Shown piece by piece: positions 59,095 through 64,000 of a stretch of 64,000 nt of DNA. Where the stretch lies: the NCBI GenBank assembly GCA_000092065.1, contig CP000586.1. One strand, written 5' to 3'. The stretch comes from Ostreococcus lucimarinus. Lineage: Eukaryota. Numbering within the stretch: position 1 is the stretch's first letter; each line of letters starts with the position of its first letter. The position numbers and the translations under genes are program-made. The notes below the pieces were generated by a model. The model had not been told where the DNA came from. It ran no database searches and worked only from the letters and a program-made list of their open reading frames with translations.

Positions 59095-62019
59095 ATGGGC
59101 GCGCGCGACGACGATTTGAAACCGAATCGACAGACGGCGTCGATCGCGTCGTTCTTCGCGACGACGCGCGCGACGACGGCGACGCGCGCGACGCGCGACG
59201 ACGGGGGGGACGATGGCGGTGGGAAGCGCGCGCGGACGGGCGAACGCGCGACGGAGGCGATCGCGGTGGACGAGGAGGAGGCGACGCGAGACGACGCGGG
59301 CGCGGCGAGACGCGACGACGCGGTGGATCTCACGATGGAGGGCGAGGAGACGATCGCGACGGCGAGCGGAGGGGGAGGGGGGGGTGGGGACGCGGCGCGC
59401 GACGGCGCGAGGGCGTCGAGGGAGGGCGAGGGATCGAGGGTGAAGGTGCATAGTTTTTTTACGAATTTCGCGAAGAGACGCAAAGCCGCGGCGACGGCGA
59501 GGGAGGGCGAGGGAGGGACGGTGAGGGAGACGCAGGCGGAATTCGTGCGGGTGAAACCGGCACCGATCGAGGAGGCGTTGGGACCGGTGCACGTGGGGTA
59601 CGTGCCGATCGCGTACGAACGGCGGACGGACGCGACGTCGACGACGGTTTCGTTTTCGACTCGCGTCGACGACGGCGAGAGACGTCCGATGACGACGCAC
59701 GCGTTCGAGTTGGTGCAACTCGGGCGAACCGCGCGAGAGGATGTGACGGCGACGCGCGGTGGCGCCGTTTCACGGCCGTCGACGTCGACGGAGTCGGAGG
59801 AGGACGCGTACTTGGCGGACGTCGCCGTCGCGGCGAATCGCGTCGACGTCGAGCTGGACGGTGTCGCGATGGCGACCGAGAGCGAGCTCGCGCGTGCGCG
59901 AGGTGAATGTAGGAATGCGTTGTTAGGGTTGAAGGAACGCGGCGGTCAAAGTCAGGCTGCGTTTCAGTGGGTCGATCGATTCAAGCCGACGCGCGGTTCC
60001 GACACCATCGGTCAAAACGCCGGCGTGGTGGAATCGCTACAGAATTGGTTTCGCGCTTGGCAGGGTCGCATTGCGATGCAGGCGAAAGGGAAAGTACCAC
60101 CATCGCCGTCGCGACCGTGCATCCCTCGTAAGGTGTACGATTCGGACGACGAAGAGTTTTGGCACAGCGACGAAGAAGAGGATGACGGCCTCGGAAGCGG
60201 CGAATCCGTGGCAAACGGCGTTTTGATTAGTGGTCCGGTGGGATGCGGTAAGACGGCCACGGTATACGCGTTGGCGAAGGAGTTTGGATTTAAAGTGCTC
60301 GAGGTGAATGCGTTGGACAGACGCAGTGGTCAAGAAGTCTTGGGGCGATTCACGGAGGCGACTCAATCAAAGCGTTTCGGTAAAAAGGCGAAAGCCGGCG
60401 CTGAGCGGCCGGCGCCGGCGAATGGTGGATTGAAGGCGTTTTTTGGTGGCGCGAGCGATGATGAAACGAAACGAAAAGAAGCGATTGCGGCGAAGACGAA
60501 AGAGGATAACGAAAAAGCAGATGCGCAATCGTTGATTTTGTTTGAAGAGATTGATATTCAACTCGCCTCGGAGCGCGGATTCATGGCGGCGCTTTCGCAA
60601 CTCGTCGAGAACACGAAGCGACCGATTGTTTTTACGTCGAATACGTCAATTTTACCAGATCTTTCGATGAATTTACCTCTGGCGCGTGTGCGATTCGACG
60701 CGCCGGGCATTCGCGAATGTGCGACGTACGCCGCGCTCGTGTCAGCTGCGGCAAAGTCGGCGCTCAGACCGAGCGACGCGACGTCAATTTCGCTCGCGTG
60801 CAAGGGAGATCTGCGTAGAACTTTGCACAACGCTCAATTTGCGTCGTTCAGCGACAGTGAAGTCCACTTTGACTCGATCGCTAGCGATCGTCACTCTACC
60901 GCGCTCATCGACGCCGCTCGCGCCGCTGTGCTCGACGGCGTCAAGCATTTGGGCGCAATACCTGTCGACGCGGCAAAAGAGCTACACGCGAGTTTAGTCG
61001 AGCGAGAGCGAGCTGATTTTGAGTCGATGATGCATGAAGTGGAATGTGGATTGATCAGGCACCAATCGCGGTTGGCGCGTTGGGACGCCATGAAAGAGGC
61101 GAAAAGAATTGAACGAATCGAGGCGAAGAAAAAGTTGCTCGGCATTCCGGCGGACAAAAATCCACTCGATCTCGTGGACTCGACCAAGAAAGAAGTAATC
61201 GTGGACGAACGCACAAAAGAAGACGAGGCCGAAGCTCGGATTCAAGCCGCGCTCGCGGTGTTTGAGCCGCGAGTCCCCTTGCCAGCCCCCGATTGGACGA
61301 CCTTCGACGCCGAGGCGCCCGCGGGCGGGTGGGATCGAGCGCGTGACGAACTCACCGCGCTAGCCGCGCTCGCGCGATCGATGTCGCAAGTTGATGTGTT
61401 GCGATCGGCGACGTGCGTCGGAATCATGGGTCCGTGTCGACGAGACGTGCCGTGGAGTAAGGAAACCATCGGCGACGCGCAAGCGTTAGAAGATTGCGCG
61501 CCGAGTGAAGATTTCTACCTAAGCAACGGACCCGCGCGACAGACGCTCGGTGGAAGCGATAATGTGAGCGTAATGGCGTCTGAATTTATAACGGTCCACT
61601 GCACGCAGCGTTACACGTCCACAAGGCTGTCGCTACGCGAATCTCATCCCGAATCCGAGCCCACGGCGTTGCAACCGATGTGCGCGCCGGCGACGCCAGT
61701 GAAGGCTTCCAAGCGTGCGCGAGGGTCTACTCGAGCTCCCTTGATCATTCAGAGCGGATCTATGCACTCGACGTGGCGCGCGCGAGTTCTCGCCGAATCC
61801 GCGGGTGGGCACACGGTAAATTCGAAGGAGACGACTGATCGATTGGGATTCTTGTCGCGAATGGTTCGCCTTCAGAGCGCGCCAAAGGCGCTCTCGTCGC
61901 CCAACTCTCGAGACTCGCGACGCCGCACCAGAAATAGACGAAAACACTTGGCATTAGCTAGCGAAACGCACGCCGATTTGCTCGACATTTCGAACTTTGG
62001 CGGTAGCAATCATATGTAG
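59095..62019 (+). CDS. RFC1-like AAA+ ATPase, ELG1/ATAD5-like (alternative clamp-loader large subunit)
   Basis: Track start 58786 is GTG; in-frame ATG 59095. RFC box II-like AFQWVDRFKPTRGSDTIGQNAGVVESLQNWF; Walker A LISGPVGCGKTATVYALAKEFGFKVLEVNA; Walker B LILFEEIDI; sensor region TKRPIVFTSN. Confidence 0.7.
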   Translation: MGARDDDLKPNRQTASIASFFATTRATTATRATRDDGGDDGGGKRARTGERATEAIAVDEEEATRDDAGAARRDDAVDLTMEGEETIATASGGGGGGGDAARDGARASREGEGSRVKVHSFFTNFAKRRKAAATAREGEGGTVRETQAEFVRVKPAPIEEALGPVHVGYVPIAYERRTDATSTTVSFSTRVDDGERRPMTTHAFELVQLGRTAREDVTATRGGAVSRPSTSTESEEDAYLADVAVAANRVDVELDGVAMATESELARARGECRNALLGLKERGGQSQAAFQWVDRFKPTRGSDTIGQNAGVVESLQNWFRAWQGRIAMQAKGKVPPSPSRPCIPRKVYDSDDEEFWHSDEEEDDGLGSGESVANGVLISGPVGCGKTATVYALAKEFGFKVLEVNALDRRSGQEVLGRFTEATQSKRFGKKAKAGAERPAPANGGLKAFFGGASDDETKRKEAIAAKTKEDNEKADAQSLILFEEIDIQLASERGFMAALSQLVENTKRPIVFTSNTSILPDLSMNLPLARVRFDAPGIRECATYAALVSAAAKSALRPSDATSISLACKGDLRRTLHNAQFASFSDSEVHFDSIASDRHSTALIDAARAAVLDGVKHLGAIPVDAAKELHASLVERERADFESMMHEVECGLIRHQSRLARWDAMKEAKRIERIEAKKKLLGIPADKNPLDLVDSTKKEVIVDERTKEDEAEARIQAALAVFEPRVPLPAPDWTTFDAEAPAGGWDRARDELTALAALARSMSQVDVLRSATCVGIMGPCRRDVPWSKETIGDAQALEDCAPSEDFYLSNGPARQTLGGSDNVSVMASEFITVHCTQRYTSTRLSLRESHPESEPTALQPMCAPATPVKASKRARGSTRAPLIIQSGSMHSTWRARVLAESAGGHTVNSKETTDRLGFLSRMVRLQSAPKALSSPNSRDSRRRTRNRRKHLALASETHADLLDISNFGGSNHM

Positions 62020-62037
62020 CAAGTACGTACCGGCGCG

Positions 62038-63031
62038 ATGAAATCAGAAAGTCAACCGATGTCGGCGCCGCACTTCGAGGCGCACATGACGTTCGAGCTC
62101 ACGCCCCGCGCGCTCAAACGCGCGTGCTTAGATCAAAACGGGTGCGTCAAACGAATGCGCGGCTGCGACCCTTCGAAATTCGCGCACGCGAGCCGCGCGA
62201 ATGCCACCGCTGAACGCTCTCGTTTGACTCGCGCGCAGATATTCCACTCCAGAGCTCAACGAGGTGCTCTACCTTCATCACAGAGGCATCGTCGAGCTGC
62301 GGCACTTCGAGCCGTATTCAAATTTACGGTGCTTGCACCTCGAGTGCAACGCCATATCTTCGCTCGACGGTTTGCGAGCTTTGACCGAGCTCTCGCAGCT
62401 GTGCGTCGACGGCAACGCGTTGCGCGACTTGCGCGGCGTCGAACGCTTGACAAAACTTCGGCATCTCAACGCGAACGATAACGTGATCGAGACCTTGGAA
62501 CACGCGCGCGGCCACGGGGCGTTAGAAACGCTGTGCGTGCGCGGGAACCGTCTTCGAGACGTGGGCAAGGCGTTGGAGCCGCTGCGAGCGTGCGCGGCGC
62601 TGCGATCGCTCGACGTCTCTCGCAACGACATCGACATCGACGCGGCCACGGACGACGACGCCCGCCGAGGCTTGCTCGAGGCGTTATCACACGTCTCAAA
62701 CGTCGAACTGCTGTATTTCGCCGACGGTAACCCCGCGTCGCGCTCGACCGAGGCCTATCGCGCCGTCGTCGTCGAAGCCCTCCCTCGCCTCCGCTGGCTC
62801 GACGACGCGCCCGTCGACGCCACCTCCCGCCGACTCGCCGCCGCTCGCCTCCTCGACGGCGTTCGAGGCGAAATCCAAGCCCAACGAGACGTCGCCGTCG
62901 AGCGTCGTCGCCGCGCCGACGCCGAGCACGCCGCCTTCCCCGTCGCGTGCGCCGCCGTCGCGCGCGCCCGCCGCGCGCGTCCCGTCGCCGACGTCGACGC
63001 CCTCGACGCCCTCGACGCCCATCTCGCGTGA
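62038..63031 (+). CDS. DNAAF1: Dynein axonemal assembly factor 1 (DNAAF1/LRRC50/ODA7), LRR protein; join(62038..62141,62239..63031)
   Basis: Track ORF starts with GTG and has a stop 13 codons upstream. Exon 1 (ATG 62038 or 62086) ...MTFELTPRALKRACLDQNG|GTGCGT..97-bp intron..cgcgcAG|YSTPELNEVLYLHHRGIVELRHFEPYSNLRCLHLECNAISSLDGLRALTELSQLCVDGNALRDL... is collinear with human DNAAF1 [32 protein letters not shown]...LRCLWL. Confidence 0.8.
62142..62238 (+). other. intron of DNAAF1 (97 bp)
   Basis: GTGCGTcaaacgaatg...ccgCTGAACgctctcgtttgactcgcgcgCAG. Confidence 0.7.
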
Positions 63032-63112
63032 CCGCGCGCGCCGCCTCATTTTTCCTCGCGCGTCCCTCGCGCGTCGCGCCCCACCGCCGTCGCGCGTTCC
63101 TCCAATCGTCGA

Positions 63113-63160
63113 AATCATCAAATCTCAAATCTCAAATCTCAAATCTCAAATCTCAAATCC
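63113..63160. repeat. (AAATCTC)n heptanucleotide microsatellite, ~6.5 units
   Basis: atcaaatctcaaatctcaaatctcaaatctcaaatctcaaatcc between DNAAF1 stop and WIPI start. Confidence 0.9.
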
Positions 63161-63211
63161 AAAAGTCGTTACGCATCCGCGTCCGAGCCGTCGTTCGCAC
63201 TCACCGCCGCG

Positions 63212-64000
63212 ATGCCCGCCGTCGCCGTCAACGCCGCGTCGCACAACCAGGACTTCACGTACGTCGCCCTGGCGACGTCTCGCGGGTACGTCATCCACAG
63301 CACGCTCGACGGCCAGCGGTACCACGGCGACGACGCGCTCGGCGGTTTAAAACTCGTCGAGATGCTCTTCACGTCGTCGCTGTTGTGCGTCGTCGGCGAC
63401 GGCGACAGCGCGCGCATGAGCCCGAGACGGGTGAAAATACTCGACGCGCGATGCCGACGCGTGCTGGGGGAGATCGCGTGCGCGAGCACGGTGCTGGCGG
63501 TGCGATTGAACCGAGCGAGGGTGATCGCGCGAGAGCGAACGCGGTGCACGATATACGAATTGGGGACGCTGGCGAGACAACAGACGATCGATACGGTGGC
63601 GTGCGAACGAGGATTGGTGGCGCTGAGCGCGGATGCGGAGAGCTCGGTGCTGGCGTTCGCGGGAAGCGCGAGCGAGGGGAAGGTGGTGGTGCACGATGCG
63701 TTGAATTTGTGCGAGATTTGCGAGGTGCGAGCGCACCGAACGCCGCTGGCGGCGTTGGCGTTGAACGCGGATGGGACGATGTTGGCCACGGCGAGCGTGA
63801 AAGGAACGGTGATTCGAGTGACGGCGCTGCCGAGTGGGACGAAGATGTGGAGTTTTCGACGAGGGGCGACGAGTTCGGTGATACAGAGTTTGAATTTTGG
63901 GGCGACGGCGTTTCAACCGCCGCTGTTGTGCGTTTCGAGCGATAAAGGAACGGCGCACGTGTTCGCGATTGAGGGCGAACCGAAGGAGTGCGAATCGTTC
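63212..64000 (+). CDS. WD-repeat phosphoinositide-interacting protein (WIPI/Atg18 PROPPIN), partial, continues past window end
   Basis: Not in ORF track (runs off edge). ATG 63212: MPAVAVNAASHNQDFTYVALATSRGYVIHSTLDG...LKLVEMLFTSSLLCVVGDGDSARMSPRRVKILDARCRRVLGEIACASTVLAVRLNRARVIARERTRCTIYELGT...HRTPLAALALNADGTMLATASVKGTVIRVTALPSGTKMWSFRRGATSS.IQSLNFG...LLCVSSDKGTAHVFAIEG, collinear with WIPI2/Atg18 (F..NQD, EMLFSSSLVAIVG, SPRRL.I.NTK, VLAVRLNR.RLVVVLE..IYIYD, AH.SPLAALAF...GTKLATASEKGTVIRVF, FRRG, SSDTGTVHIF). Confidence 0.8.
   Translation, partial: MPAVAVNAASHNQDFTYVALATSRGYVIHSTLDGQRYHGDDALGGLKLVEMLFTSSLLCVVGDGDSARMSPRRVKILDARCRRVLGEIACASTVLAVRLNRARVIARERTRCTIYELGTLARQQTIDTVACERGLVALSADAESSVLAFAGSASEGKVVVHDALNLCEICEVRAHRTPLAALALNADGTMLATASVKGTVIRVTALPSGTKMWSFRRGATSSVIQSLNFGATAFQPPLLCVSSDKGTAHVFAIEGEPKECESF

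Noticed and set aside
1-64000. Prokaryotic / viral origin, operons, CRISPR arrays, defence islands
   Set aside because: Spliceosomal introns, eukaryote-only genes (eIF3i, APC3, proteasome alpha, NOT2, SRRM2, DNAAF1, WIPI) and absence of any direct-repeat/spacer structure rule this out.

Overview
The window is GC-rich (about 65-70% overall) nuclear DNA from a eukaryote, very likely a Mamiellophyceae green alga of the Micromonas type. Evidence: plant-like eIF3i, PsaN, chloroplast-type AdSS and ACL5-type thermospermine synthase, cilia genes DNAAF1 and LC8, and the green-algal TGTAA polyadenylation signal. Genes are packed at roughly one per 1.5 kb on both strands. Most are intronless, and the few introns share a stereotyped architecture: donor GT[GA]CG[TC], branch point ACTGAC 20-40 nt before the acceptor, and 86-260 bp length. 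The six-frame track uses non-ATG starts and is flooded with long spurious antisense ORFs (R/A-rich) caused by the GC bias. I therefore re-called genes by protein plausibility and homology motifs. Recognised genes, in order: MFS transporter (partial), YjbQ/UPF0047, rhamnose mutarotase-like, PHAX-like, PSI subunit PsaN (2 exons), a small K-rich protein, a 577-aa unknown, a tandem LC8 dynein-light-chain/TM protein, CNOT2, SOUL/DUF2358 heme-binding protein, MSH6-like MutS, a U-box E3 with three novel repeats, a LON N-domain protein, 20S proteasome alpha-6 (4 exons), APC3/CDC27, TOM1-like VHS-GAT (2 exons), a methyltransferase-like ORF, a J-domain protein followed in frame after a TGA by another protein-like ORF, a tandem zinc-ribbon protein, an unknown 374-aa protein, SHPRH-like SNF2/PHD/RING helicase, a C2-domain multi-TM protein, a tandem-domain YjbQ, a small 98-aa ORF, organellar-type leucyl-tRNA synthetase, an F-box-like protein, an AMI1-type amidase, eIF3i, a 596-aa unknown, chloroplast adenylosuccinate synthetase (2 exons), a CPP1/CDF1-like J-like membrane protein, a PDZ-like protein, a 970-aa multipass membrane protein, a cwc21/SRRM2-like SR protein, an Mpv17/PMP22 protein fused to DnaJ-type zinc fingers, thermospermine synthase (2 exons), ELG1/ATAD5-like RFC-type ATPase, DNAAF1 (2 exons) and WIPI/Atg18 (partial). 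No rRNA, tRNA, CRISPR or transposon was recognised. No single compact novel system is evident. The most interesting items are a U-box E3 with an undescribed triple repeat, two in-frame-stop ORF pairs, unusual domain fusions and the splice-signal regularity that reveals hidden first exons.
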